A DNA stretch of 64,000 nt, taken from assembly GCA_964016885.1 (NCBI GenBank), contig OZ024743.1, positions 215,574,001-215,638,000 on the forward strand, given 5' to 3'. Positions 32,611-46,953 of the stretch are shown one piece after another (the stretch's first letter is position 1; each line of letters starts with the position of its first letter). This DNA is from Eledone cirrhosa. Taxonomy: Eukaryota. The translations under genes and the position numbers were made by a program. The notes beneath the pieces are model-generated. The model ran no database searches. It worked only from the letters and a program-made list of their open reading frames with translations, and was not told the DNA's origin.

Positions 32611-35600
32611 TATATATATATACTTATTTGAATTAAATACAAATTTTAATCGTATGTTTATATAAATCCATACTTATATATCCTCTGGATGGGAACCAAC
32701 ACTTGGGTGTCAATTTTACATTTAAAAGTAGTTTCTAATGGTATTGAAATAAAATAATACATTTCTTGGCAATAATTATGTGATGATATAAGAATATTTA
32801 TATATTCAAAACAAAATCTCTCTTACCTTAACTGACTCATATCTCCACCAGTATTCTAAAACCAGAGAATCAAAAAACGTCGTTAATAAATGTACACACG
32901 CACGCACACACAAACACACACACATACACAAGCACATACACACATACATACACACGCGCGCGCGCGCACAAACATATATATATATATATTATATTACATT
33001 ATGTTATATTATATTATATTATATTATATTATATTATATATTATATTATTTATTTGTGTCCCTACACTGAACAAATCCGCTACCGAAGGCTTCAAGGCCC
33101 GAATTTGACCATATCCCCAGAAAATAATTGACATAAAATTAGTGATATCAGGTGCTTAATAGAGTTTATTAGTTCGTATTAACTCGTATGAGCGCTTTCA
33201 AAATGTTCTCTAATTTGATGCCTTTGCATTCTGGAAGTATGGTCAAATTTGATAGCGTGTTTATTCCGTGTACGAACATAAACAATGTATTTCTGCTCTC
33301 TTCCTGATTGTGCCTTGGTTTCCCTTTTCCTTTTCGCACACACGGATATTGCTACCTATAAGTATTGTAAAACCAATGAGAATATACCATTTATTTCCCT
33401 CAATCCGGTGTCGATAGAATCAATATAGAATATTACTAGCCACATAAGATCAAACTTATAATATGGATTGCTCTTCCCATTATAGGCTTTTGAGCTTTTG
33501 CTTTTCTAATAAATAATCTGAAATAATAATCGGATATATATACGCAAATATGTCCAGTTGAGTTGTAAGGACAGCTGAAGAAACAAAATCTTAGTGGAAA
33601 ATGTTAACAACTCTCAAAGTAATAAAACTCTAATTTCAAGCGAATTCGAATTAACTTCGCAGAATATTTCATTCTCATTCTTAGGAATATGACATAATTA
33701 TGTAGAGTATTTCGGTAATTCCAATTGTATTATATTTCAATAGCATCCTCTGTGAAATTCCAAATTATCACAAGAACAAGAAGCCATCAAAAGGCAGATT
33801 TGTCCTATAATCTGTAACAATGAACATAATTGTATATGACATATATGTCATGTTTTTGTCATTGCATGTTTCGAGCTAGATTTTAATTAATTGTACTTAT
33901 CTAATTTCATATATTATTAAATTCATCTACTTCTCTACTCTATAGTTATTTTAATTTCCGCGTGTCTGTGTTGTCGCAAATGATGCCGGAATAAGAATAA
34001 TATTTACTAAAAGAGTTAAAATATGAAACATGTTGACAATTATGTCTACATACCACATATTTACTACTAATTAACTTTGTAATAAAATTGCATGAAATAT
34101 TTAAAACATTACTTAGGTATGAGTACGCCAGTTTAAAGACGTTCAACTCAAAGAATAATATATCAAAGAATTGAGTTTACTAAATCATAAACGTTAAAAG
34201 GAGATGCTAAATGGAACGTAATTCTCGATGAAAATTATTCAGTTTTATCAGAGTGCAATACAAATTAGTAGGAAAAAGATTAATTAAATTGCATTATCAA
34301 TCCCTGTGTAATATCAAGCGCTATAAAAATGTCGTCATTGTTGTATTCAAAAGGCCTAGCCACAAGGTCATAATATTTGTGTGAGAAAACAGTTGATTAT
34401 GCATCTACTTCGCTTCACGGATGGAAGAGAGCCAACATTTACATTAGTGGTATGCGTACTAAGAACATAATGGATGAAACAAAATACTACTGGGAATTTC
34501 ATCTCAATTTTTACCAATATTCCCAATACACAGATTGCGTATAGAGTGACATTCAATATAAAATAATATATCTAGATAATGATAAAATGTTTCCCACTAA
34601 TAGATACTTTACCTAGACGTACATACATATCTGAAGCAAACCTCTCTTTGTAGTCCCATGTGACATATGATAATGAAAATGCTATTCGTTGCTATGAACA
34701 TGAACATATTAACTCATCATTTTGCCCAATAATATCACCTCTAATGCATATGCATTATTGACTTTGGGAGTGAGAATATCTTCGGGCGAATTTTGCAGTG
34801 CACCAAAATGTGTATATTATATTGTAAAGAACGCTATCGCATGGTATTATCTATGAGGTATATACGAAACAATAGCAATTCGTTTACTTCTGCTTCTTTT
34901 CAACTGTGATCCGCATTGGGATCTCGGACTGTACCATAGCTCATTAACATATATATATATATTCTCAATGTAAATATATACATATTGTTGGGTAGGTTAT
35001 TTGCAAAAGACATTGAATCACTGGACTGATTGCTTCATTGTGTGTTTCTCTTTCTGATCTCTGCATTATAATTTAGCCGATGCCTGTTTTACTTTTAAAG
35101 GTCTCGGGCATCATGAATATGTTTCCACTTAAGGGATCTCAAGCTAGCAAATGATATAATATTGGCATTAAGTGATCATATCCCACCATCTGTCACTGGA
35201 ATTCGCTCAGGAATCGAGAACTTCAAGTAGACTCAGCAAAGGAATGGTCAATGTAAACATAGACTTAACGGTCCGATTGTAAATGGTCCAACTTGTAAAA
35301 CTGTATATACGCTAATATAATGTTTAAGGCATCCTACAGCAAAGACCAAAGAAAGTATTGGAGTATTCCACACAAATTGCATAAAATATACCAACGTGGT
35401 TTGGGCTATTTCAGAACAATAATCGTGACGTCAGCCAACGAACCGCCATTGCTATAAACACGCAATGTAAATATCATCATACACGGGGCGTAACATGAAA
35501 TGCGAGTACTTAATGTAATCATGTAAGATCGTAAGATCGGTAGAGATATCACGAGGTCTATTTCAAGAGGGCCCAGCACGTGGGGGATAATAATGCTGAC

Positions 35601-37136
35601 AGCAGAATTCACATTCTTCGAAGAGCTGGCTAAAGAGCGTGAGGTAAAAAAATGAATATAATTTCATTTTACTCATTTATCATTAGAGTAATGATAGAAA
35701 AGCATATTGCATATAATATAAACGTAGAAGTGAAACTATGAAAATGAGAGGTAATATAAAATATGGAGGAATTAATATTATATAGAAACAAATATGAATG
35801 ATATTGAATGGGAATAAAAGCCAGTTATTAATGCCTTATTTTACAAAAGGTATACTTGATTTTAGAAATATATATATTATTGTATCGGAAAAAAATATTT
35901 CAGACATAACATTTCCATTTTGAAAACTTCGGGTAAAATTTAGTAAATCATTGGATATAATATATGTTTAAAAGTTTCACACATAGTGAGAGTATACAAA
36001 ATAGGTAAGGATAATATATTTTATTAATAGAATAATGTGAATTTAATGTGTTTACGTGTGTCTGATATGCCATTAAAGATGTCTAGACGTGTTGTCAATT
36101 GGAGATGATTCTTAATTCTTTGAACGTCTAAAACAATACCTTTAGCTTTCGATATTCCATGTTATTCCTCTTGGAGTGTCTTGAATTTCCTAGAAAGCAA
36201 TGGGTGTCCCTTAATTGGATACCCACAGCACATACCATGATAGCCCATCATCTCCATCGATGGAAACATGAAAGACAGCCTAGCATGTGACTGTGAGGAC
36301 CCTGACCATACGTTCTCCCGGTGGCCCGGTGGAAATCAAAAATACTACAAATGATGCCTTAGTCTAGATCACCAATTTCGCCTTGCCTCTCTATGTGCTC
36401 ATTGTACGAGAAAAAGAAGGAGACCATTATAATATCTAATGGGATCAATAAGCTTATGCACGTAAGAGAAAATGAACGCTGATTATCTAATATATACCAA
36501 TCATTGATATTTTCCTCTTATATGCTTAATCATTAAAAATATTGCATTATGCATATGCATCATGGTTTTCATAGTCTCACATATGTCAGTATATTCGTGT
36601 GCAATCATCCTTGTGTTGTTCTAGATGTATATATACGAGAATTGTATCTTATCTTGAATCAATTTGCTGTAGTGTCGCTAACAACCTTTGAATCTAATTT
36701 CATTTACTAGCGATTATTTATTCTATTATTATTGTTTTTTTAATTACAATTGCATTTGTCGGAGCAATGAATATAATGTTGATGTAATAGAAATCGTTCA
36801 TTAATTTGTCATTATAATTAATGGGAATTAGTGTCTTTAACAAATTAGTAGTCAATGAATAGATTATTTTTGTGGAATATATTTATAACATTGTGAAAAA
36901 TAAAAGTTTACATTTTCGATGATATGATATTGAATCAAGAAGTCTTGAAAAAACCATGTGATAATATTGTGTGTTTTATTTATTATGTAACTCTTTATGT
37001 TAGTGATATATAATTAATTCTAGAAACGACCCCGTGCACACATTATACAATTTATATAAGTCTCCATCATAGGATATGTCTGAAATTGTACATGGACATA
37101 CAAGACAGAATTTTCAGGAAGATACATATACATATA

Positions 37137-37182
<46 letters not shown>

Positions 37183-37185
<3 letters not shown>

Positions 37186-38775
37186 ACAAACATAGAATAT
37201 TCGAAAATATTCTGTATGTTTATAATAAACATTTTGAAGACCCAATCGCTATAAAATAGAATACGTCACGTATTACAATTTGAGATTCTCGATAAAAGCA
37301 AGGGAAGTAACCTACGCGTTTCATTCTTATTAGAAATCATCAGGATTACATATCCAATGCTTTTATCGAGAATGACACAGCTAGAGACATATAGAATACT
37401 TAGCTGTGTACAGGAACTGGTTTGAAAGAGCGGTAGTCGGTCCGGCAGAAATTAGAATTTGGATTTAGTGCTCTGAAATAGCGATATATATGTGAAGACA
37501 AACATAGAATATTCGAAAATATTCTGTATGTTTATAATAAACATTTTGAAGACCCAATCGCTATAGAATAGAATACGTCACGTATTACAATTTGAGATTC
37601 TCGATAAAAGCAAGGGAAGTAACCTACGCGTTTCATTCTTATTAGAAATCATCAGGATTAGATATCCAATGCTTTTATCGAGAATGACACAGCTAGAGAC
37701 ATATAGAATACTTAGCTGTGTACAGGAACTGGTTTGAAAGAGCGGTAGTCGGTCCGGCAGAAATTAGAATTTGGATTTAGTGCTCTGAAATAGCGATATA
37801 TATGTGAAGACAAACATAGAATATTCGAAAATATTCTGTATGTTTATAATAAACATTTTGAAGACCCAATCGCTATAGAATAGAATACGTCACGTATTAC
37901 AATTTGAGATTCTCGATAAAAGCAAGGGAAGTAACCTACGCGTTTCATTCTTATTAGAAATCATCAGGATTAGATATCCAATGCTTTTAACGAGAATGAC
38001 ACAGCTAGAGACTTATAGAATACTTAGCTGTGTACAGGAACTGGTTTGAAAGAGCGGTAGTCGGTCCGGCAGAAATTAGAATTTGGATTTAGTGCTCTGA
38101 AATAGCGATATATATGTGAAGACAAACATAGAATATTCGAAAATATTCTGTATGTTTATAATAAACATTTTGAAGACCCAATCGCTATAGAATAGAATAC
38201 GTCACGTATTACAATTTGAGATTCTCGATAAAAGCAAGGGAAGTAACCTACGCGTTTCATTCTTATTAGAAATCATCAGGATTACATATCCAATGCTTTT
38301 ATCGAGAATGACACAGCTAGAGACTTATAGAATACTTAGCTGTGTACAGGAACTGGTTTGAAAGAGCGGTAGTCGGTCCGGCAGAAATTAGAATTTGGAT
38401 TTAGTGCTCTGAAATAGCGATATATATGTGAAGACAAACATAGAATATTCGAAAATATTCTGTATGTTTATAATAAACATTTTGAAGACCCAATCGCTAT
38501 AGAATAGAATACGTCACGTATTACAATTTGAGATTCTCGATAAAAGCAAGGGAAGTAACCTACGCGTTTCATTCTTATTAGAAATCATCAGGATTACATA
38601 TCCAATGCTTTTATCGAGAATGACACAGCTAGAGACTTATAGAATACTTAGCTGTGTACAGGAACTGGTTTGAAAGAGCGGTAGTCGGTCCGGCAGAAAT
38701 TAGAATTTGGATTTAGTGCTCTGAAATAGCGATATATATGTGAAAACAAACGTAGAATATTCGAAAATATTCTGT
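37183..38775 (-). mobile_element. Retrozyme-like tandem array 2: 5.1 x 312 bp units, one HHR per unit
   Basis: Unit register at 37185, 37497, 37809, 38121, 38433 and 38745. Units are nearly identical and non-coding; the minus-strand 3' end abuts (TA)n. Confidence 0.85.
37307..37349 (-). ncRNA. Type-I hammerhead ribozyme (also at 37619, 37931, 38243, 38555)
   Basis: Minus strand gtaatc-CTGATGA-t-ttct aata agaa-t-GAAA-cgcgT-A-ggttac, closed by a 15-bp helix ttctcgataaaagca/tgcttttatcgagaa. The core is intact in all five copies. Confidence 0.88.
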
Positions 38776-39149
<374 letters not shown>

Positions 39150-39629
39150 CCGGTTGTATCTCAGCGCACACAATGGGCAATGTAAGATACATTACCAGAG
39201 TATACATATCGTTATTTGCCTCAAAACAACACACGTAAAACGGGTGCCTATAAGTCCCGGACTCGAGTTTCTGCCGCACTAATGCAGCAGTAAGGTGCAG
39301 AGCACCATCTGTCTGCATATATTATACAACAATGCACAATCGGCTTATCCAGCTACATCAGTGGGTATGCCCTAATCAATAACCAATCGATCGACAGAAT
39401 CCAAACACCAGTCCATGCCAGTCATGACTGTTTGTGACAACCGACACGGTAAGGCGATTAGCAACTGGCAACCGATAGGACTCTATCTCTCAACTAGCCA
39501 CTGATTTACAAATTTTACGTGGGGACGGGAAGCTAAAAAGAATCAATCTTTTAGTTCCTGTCAGAATATATATAACCAAAGATTAATATGGTTCATTGAG
39601 TACTCAATGAATATAGTTTTACAATATAT

Positions 39630-39950
39630 TAAAAGCACTCTACAAGAAAGTGTTCTGGAGTTATTAATATTATTCAGAATATTAATAAATTAAAACATTC
39701 ACATAATCAAGATATATAAGTTATTATATATATATCAAAGGTACTGTGCTGTTTTTTCAGTGCGTCCCGTCAGATGACTGCCAATACTGGAATTGAACCA
39801 TCAAGAACGTTGCGGTATGTCATACATCAATTCATGTATTTTATCTGACGTGAACCTACTGAAACACCAGAACAGTACCTTAGAAATATATATAATAAAA
39901 CATATTTTGATTATGTAAATGTCTTCATTTATTAATATTCTGAATAATAT
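39630..39950 (-). mobile_element. Degenerate fold-back mini-element
   Basis: Arms ~39667-39776 and ~39842-39950. The minus-strand tail actccag..tgtagagtgct resembles the tail at 47302-47330. Confidence 0.55.
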
Positions 39951-39955
39951 ATATA

Positions 39956-41086
39956 TATCGTTTCTGAATTTGTTTAGCAAGATTCTTTATCTGAAAACGT
40001 GTGTTGAAACCGATATTGTTATACTTTGGGAGGGTCATGTTGCCAATAAGAAACACACACACCAGTTGCTTTCACTCCAATTTATTGTAAACTTAAAAAA
40101 TGTTTTTAAACATTTAAAAAAAAAAAGAAATTATAAATTTCCGGCTGGTTGGTTGTTCCACAACCGGACGGTTCTTCATATATTGTCAAAGTTTTTTCGT
40201 CACACATTATGTGAGCTATTCAGTGACTGGGATTATTTTCTTTGTTTTGTGCCTCTACTTTGGTCTGCACTACGCCATCTTGTTTTTGTGTGTGTTGTGT
40301 GCTTAATTTGCGCATGTGTTACATCCGCGTGTCTGTGTGTGTTTTTATTTGTTTATTTATTTGTTTATTTACATGTTACTGGTTGGTTTTATGTGTGTGT
40401 GTTTTCATTTTGTCCTTAATTGTAAGTTGTGATGTTGCTATTGCATTCATGTGTTCTATTTAATTTTGGTTGTAGTTCTTTTATGTTTATTGCCTCTGTG
40501 ATTTGTCTAAACATTGCGTCTTTTCTGTGTGTAGATTATATTTTTATTTCTATGTTCTCTAATTTGCCCTTGTGTTCTATTTTAGCATGTTGGTGGAGTA
40601 CTGATAATCCTTTTCTATCTTGAAGCTCTCGCCAGTGTTTATTAAACCGTTTTCCTATACTACGAGCTGTCTCACCTATGGACAATATATTATTATCTTT
40701 ACATTGTCCTTTAGTACATCTTATGCTATATACTATGTTTTTAGTTTTACAGTTAATATGGGGCTTAGTTTACAGATTATGCATTTCCTATCTATACAGG
40801 GAGGTCTTTGAAAAGCGTATGTATTAATAATATGTGTTTTAATGGAGGTACCTGGTTTTCTAACTATCTTAATATTAAGTTTAAGTTTATCTTGGGCCCT
40901 TCTAAATTTGTACGCTAATTCACCTCTAGAGCTTGTATTGATGAACATTACACTCTGGTATTTATTGCTATCATACCATGATTTTATTCTATTAACCTTA
41001 TTCCTAGTTCTTTCTATTCTATTCCAAAATTTGCTCCTATACAAGGGGCAGGTCCCATTGTATCATGATACAAATGGGACCTGCCC
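39956..41086 (-). mobile_element. PLE family 2, diverged 5'-truncated copy with a ~20 bp fold-back at the 5' junction
   Basis: YRSKFWNRIERTRNK..QRPPCIDRKCIICK. Same 3' end in TA as other copies. Palindrome gggcaggtcccatt-gtatca/tgatac-aaatgggacctgccc at 41046-41086. Confidence 0.88.
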
Positions 41087-41405
41087 ATATCATAATATCT
41101 TGTCTGTTATACCTACATATTATTGGGGCTTTTACTGGAACATTCCACCAGTACTCTTTCGTCTTATGTATATGGATGTCTTCCACATTGCTGTAGCTTT
41201 TAATGTGTTTATTATCGGGGGTATATTTTCTAAGGACTGCATCGTACAGTGTTTTAGCCACTACTTCATGCCTCACAGGTAGATAGTACCGAGATGACTT
41301 CTTTGTACAGCTGCTGATGACATGGGTGACATATTCGATGTTAATTCTGCAGAGTCTGCACTTGTTATCACATCTAGATGTTTTGCCTGCATCCCTATCT
41401 CTTTT
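41087..41405 (-). mobile_element. Fragment of an REL-endonuclease non-LTR retrotransposon (R4/R2/NeSL-type)
   Basis: Minus strand CRLC..EYVTHVISSC..RHEVVAK..YWWNVPV..YNRQDIMIW: CCHC knuckle, RH motif and degenerate (N)RPD motif. Confidence 0.75.
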
Positions 41406-41499
41406 GTATGTATGTACGTATGTATGTATGTATGTATGTATGGATGTATGTATGTATGTATGTATGTATGTATGTATGTATGTATGTATGTATGTATGT

Positions 41500-42107
41500 C
41501 AGGTCACCAGTTGGTGCTACTGGTAACATGTATCCCAGTACAACCTGTCCCATGGTCGGGTCGTTGGCGACTAAACTGGCAACCCCACCAAGGTTTCTTG
41601 GTGAGGAGGGTGACTTTGGACATCCTGCAGGACTAAAAACAAAACCTGTCAAAGGGCAAAGGAGCTCTTAAGAGTCAATGGCCATCCAAAATCACCGGGA
41701 GAGATGACCCCTTAGCCTTTGTCAAGGCAGAATTCTAGGAGAAGGAAAACTCTGATATAACACCTGCAACCCTGATGGTATCCAATGATGTTGACTTGTT
41801 CTTCTTTTTGGTAAATATCATCTTGGTTAAGAGAGTGGGACTGGCTTTGTGCAGTGCCTTTGCTCACTATAAAAGCTTCACGGCACAGGCATTGCTTTAT
41901 ATCTGGAGATCTCTCTGCACTTGTCGTCACATGGTACCATGGGCCCAGCACTATGTGTCAGTAATTGTCACAAGTGTAGTGTTTGTACCAGAGTTTTCAA
42001 GTCGCTGGCTGGACTAAAAAGTCACACTCGTTCAGCGCATCGGTAGGGGTTCTCCTACATGGATATAAAGTAGTGGCCGTACTCGAAAACGAGTTGGCAG
42101 CCACCAT
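41500..42107 (+). mobile_element. Short RTE-derived non-autonomous element (5' UTR joined to the C-terminal zinc finger and 3' UTR) with a (TATG)n tail
   Basis: ggagaaggaaaactctga motif recalled from RTE 5' UTRs. The 3' part encodes HKCSVCTRVFKSLAGLKSHTRSAHR*. No RT or endonuclease lies in between. Confidence 0.6.
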
Positions 42108-42818
42108 ATGTATGTATGTATATATATATGTATGTATGTATATATGTATATATGTATCTATGTATATGTATGTATGTATATGTGTGTATGTATGTATATG
42201 TATATATGTATGTATATGTGTATATGTATGTATGTATGTATGTATATATGTATGTATGTATGTGTATGTATGTATGTGTATATGTATGTATGTATGTATG
42301 TATATGTATGTATGTGTGTATATATGTATGTATGTATATGTATGTATGTGTATGTATGTATGTGTATGTATGTATGTATATGTATGTATATATATGTATA
42401 TGTATGTATGCATGTGTATGTGTGTATGTGTATATATATGTATGTATGTGTATATGTATGTATGTGTATGTATGTATGTATGTATGTATATGTATGTATG
42501 TGTGTATATGTGTATGTATATGTATGTATGTATGTGTATGTATGTATGTGTATGTATGTATATATATGTATGTATATGTATATATGTATGTGTATGTATG
42601 TATGTGTATGTATGTATGTATGTATATGTATGTATGTATGTATGTGTATATGTATGTATGTATATGTGTATGTATGTGTATGTGTATGTATATGTATATG
42701 TATGTATATATATATGTGTATGTATATGTGTGTGTATGTATGTATGTGTGTATGTATGTATATATGTGTGTATGTATGTATATATGTGTGTATGTATGTA
42801 TATATATGTGTATGTATG

Positions 42819-42854
<36 letters not shown>

Positions 42855-42897
42855 TGTGTATGTGTATGTGTGCATGTATGTATGTATACATGTATAT
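42107..42897. repeat. Compound (TATG/TG/TA)n microsatellite, ~790 bp
   Basis: Directly visible. Confidence 0.95.
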
Positions 42898-43309
42898 ACC
42901 GGGAGAGATGACCCCTTAGCCTTTGTCAAGGCAGAATTCTAGGAGAAGGAAAACTCTGATATAACACCTGCAACCCTGATGGTATCCAATGATGTTGACC
43001 TGTTCTTCTTTTTGGTAAATATCATCTTGGTTAAGAGAGTGGGACTGGCTTTGTGCAGTGCCTTTGCTCACTATAAAAGCTTCACAGCACAGGCATTGCT
43101 TTATATCTGGAGATCTCTCTGCACTTGTCATCACATGGTACCATGGGCCCTGCACTATGTGTCAATAATGGTCACAAGTGTAGTCTTTGTACCAGAGTTT
43201 TCAAGTCGCTGGCTGGACTAAAGTCACATTCGTTCAGCGCATCGGTAGGGGTTCTCCTACATGGATATAAAGTAGTGGCCGTACTCGAAAACGAGTTGGC
43301 AGCCACCAT
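42898..43309 (+). mobile_element. 5'-truncated second copy of the RTE-derived element
   Basis: Near-identical to 41694-42107 and has the same 3' end. Confidence 0.75.
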
Positions 43310-43618
43310 GTATGTATATATGTATGTATATAGTGATCCTCAAATACAATTTATTCTGAAAGTATATTAAAGATAAACTGGCATACATATTATCTAAAGG
43401 AATACGCTTAGTTGAGTCCGATACAAACATTCTTTATTCATTAACGGTCGTAGAGCAACGAATGACGTATTTCACAAAAAACGTATAAATATGATATAGT
43501 TCTAGGAAAATCACCAAGGTAAGTTTAAATGCGTCAAATGGGGTTTTTCTTACGATTTATAAAAAAATTTTCAGTAATAAATAAATACACTTTTCGGTAA
43601 TAAATATATATATATATA

Positions 43619-43682
<64 letters not shown>

Positions 43683-43798
43683 ACGAAGGAAGTGTGGTAT
43701 GGAAACAGGTGGAGAATAACGCACCAGAGTACCCGATACCCTAACAATACGGAATTAATTAAGATCTAGCTGTCGGAGTGGCCGGAGCTCAGCCTTTT

Positions 43799-44100
<302 letters not shown>

Positions 44101-44759
44101 TATATACAATATATATTGACAGATAGGTGCATATGCAGAAATAGAGAATAAGAAAGAGACAGAAAGAGAAACAGAAAGACAGAAAGAATGCGAGGTAGAG
44201 ATACAATTAATTTGATAGATATACCTACGTCCACTACTTCTGTAATTTTACGTTGACAGAAATAAACAATAGCAATTCTAAAAATAAGTGTAGTATTTAT
44301 TTAACATTATATATGTATATGAAACAAACTTTGAAGTGAGAAAAAAATCATTCAAAATTAATGAATATTTCCTGAAAATAATCTACGATTTAAAATGATC
44401 AGTCGTGAGAATTAATAGATGAAACGAATAAAAAGAAAAGAAAGAGATAAAGGGGAAAAAAGTGAGAGAGAGGGTGAAACAAAATAACAAGACGAGTGTA
44501 AAAGAAAACAATCGTAAACAAACCAGCGGCAGTACTATTTGACCACGATTTCAAATATAAATATAATGAAAGAAGTGTTGAACAGAACAATACAGAATGT
44601 TGGAATAAAAACAAAAGAAGAAATATATTTATAGATGATCTATTTTATAATTATTGAAAAGTATGTTTCTACTTTATTCTACAATAAATACAAACACACA
44701 AACATAACATACCTTACACACACGTATCTATCTATCTGTCGCCCTCCGCCTCTCGCTCT

Positions 44760-44816
<57 letters not shown>

Positions 44817-44822
<6 letters not shown>

Positions 44823-45232
44823 TAAACGGAAAAGAAAATGCTGACAAATTGTTCACAGTGAAAAATACTTTAATTAGGAATAAGTGAGAATTAGTAATAG
44901 TATTGGTTAGTATTCAGTTTTGGTTTTAAGTTTTACCGGTTGCGCATTTCTAATGGTTTTCACATATAATTTTGAGATAGAGCGTCCGTGATGTTGGCTC
45001 TAATCAGATTAGAGCAAACAGCATTGACGCTCTATCTCATAATTATTTTTGAGAAGCATTAGAAATGCGCAACCGGTAAAACTTAAAACCAAAACTGAAT
45101 ATTAACCAATACTATTACTAATTCTCACTTATTCCCAATTAAACTATTTTTCACTGTGAACAATTTGTCAGCATTTTCTTTTCCGTTTACCAATACATCA
45201 TAACTTGTGTGTTACACCTCTATTCTTTTAAA
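44817..45232 (+). mobile_element. Fold-back mini-element with an HHR-like motif
   Basis: ~188 bp arms (44817-45195) centred near 45006, plus a tail. Right arm: TTGAGAA-gcatt aga aatgc-GCAAC-cggT-A. Confidence 0.7.
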
Positions 45233-45303
45233 TATATATATATATATATAGAAATCACATGAATCAAAATTCTGTTCAAGCCATTTATTAGCTTACAAAT
45301 GTT

Positions 45304-45422
<119 letters not shown>

Positions 45423-45451
45423 ATATACATACATACATATATATACACACT

Positions 45452-45635
45452 TATGTGAGAAAAAACACAGACCTTCCATCTCAACTCTACTTTTGAAAAG
45501 CAGAAGAACTGCAAAACTGGTAAAGGAACGAAATAAATAAATATATTTTAAAAAAAATATAAGACTCCAGTTGCATTTTCGATTTCACTCGTGTAGGACA
45601 CCTCGGTTATTTTTCATTTTGTAAAAAAACCTCAC

Positions 45636-45642
<7 letters not shown>
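45452..45642 (+). mobile_element. Short TA-terminated element end with an HHR-like motif; second copy at 55760-55962
   Basis: Two dispersed copies share both ends. Their consensus is ctt-TTGAAAA-gcag aagaa ctgc-GAAAC-cggT-A-aag. Confidence 0.6.
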
Positions 45643-45689
<47 letters not shown>

Positions 45690-45691
<2 letters not shown>

Positions 45692-46935
45692 TAATAATAA
45701 TAATATTAAATTTGAAGACTAAAATCCAAAGATGGCTCGATAGGATAAATATATATCAAATATATAAGAACCGTAGAAAAAATATTTATTAAAATAACAG
45801 ATTAAAGTTTAAGCAAAGAATCGCTGCTTTCACCCTTAACGGGATATTCTGAAACTAACAAAGACAATCTGTAAACGCAGAAGTGGATATTTCAAAAAAA
45901 CGTTGCAACCGGAGGAAGACAGGAAGACGATACTTTGGTTCGTGGAAACGTTCCCTGGCAAAGAACGGGAAAAAAACGAATATAATACGTCATTAATAGG
46001 AGCGGTGAAAAACAATTACGCGCAAAGACATAACCATGTTTATGGTATAAAAGAAGTCGTAGACTAATGTTCTCTTAGGTGGTTCATAGAGACGTTCTCT
46101 GGCAATGAACGGAAAATACGAAGATAATACGTCATATGTGGAGCGTGGAGAACAATTGCACGCAAAGGCAAAACCACGTAAATGGTATAGCTGAAGTCGT
46201 AGACTAAAATTCCACCTAAGAAACCGAATGAATCTCCGCTTTAGAGTTAAGAATAAAGTAAATAAAATAAAATACATAGGAAATAGAAATTAAATAAATA
46301 CATACACGCAAATACGTACATACACACGCATACGCGAAAACACTTGCCATAGGTATACAAAACCACGCACATATAAATATGTGTGTGTGTGTGCGTGTAT
46401 ACAAATAAATAAATAATTAAATAAACGTATATAAATAAATAAATACGTATATAGAAGCGCACACACATACCTACATGTAAATGCACAACTGTTCGGAGAC
46501 GTAAGTCAACCAAAACATGAAGTACACATATACACATACCCTATATACGTCCGAACCTGCATGCTCACACAGACGCAAAACTCCCGTAAACACATAACCA
46601 AACCATATGTACCATAATATATGAAAAATTATACGCCATAACATATACAATCAAATATACGTACGAGAAAGTATACGTAACTTCACAAAACATACAGGTA
46701 ATATGTGCTTACCTATGCAAATAAGTAATCGTATAAACAAAATATATACTTAGCTACCACATCAAGACGTAAAATATCCACGTATAGATCGTACTATCCG
46801 TTAGGGTATAACCTGGGGCTCTAATACAGGAAAGTTTTGTGCAATTTATGTTTACAAGCCGAAATTCCAGCCGAAAATCCAGCCGCAAAGCAGCGATTCT
46901 TTGCTTAAACTTTAATCTGTTATTTTAATAAATAT
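45690..46935 (-). mobile_element. PLE family 3 3' region plus a short inverted end (46886-46932)
   Basis: Homologous to 2818-4105; flanked by (TA)n. A tiny end fragment also occurs at ~49750-49820. Confidence 0.85.
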
Positions 46936-46953
46936 ATATATATATATATATAT

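Noticed and set aside
37183-38775. CRISPR-like array
   Set aside because: Whole units are identical with no unique spacers; eukaryotic context; no cas genes.
41983-42942. Long ORFs (267-319 aa) in several frames, and the many YIYI/THTH/ERER ORFs elsewhere
   Set aside because: Translations of stop-free microsatellites.
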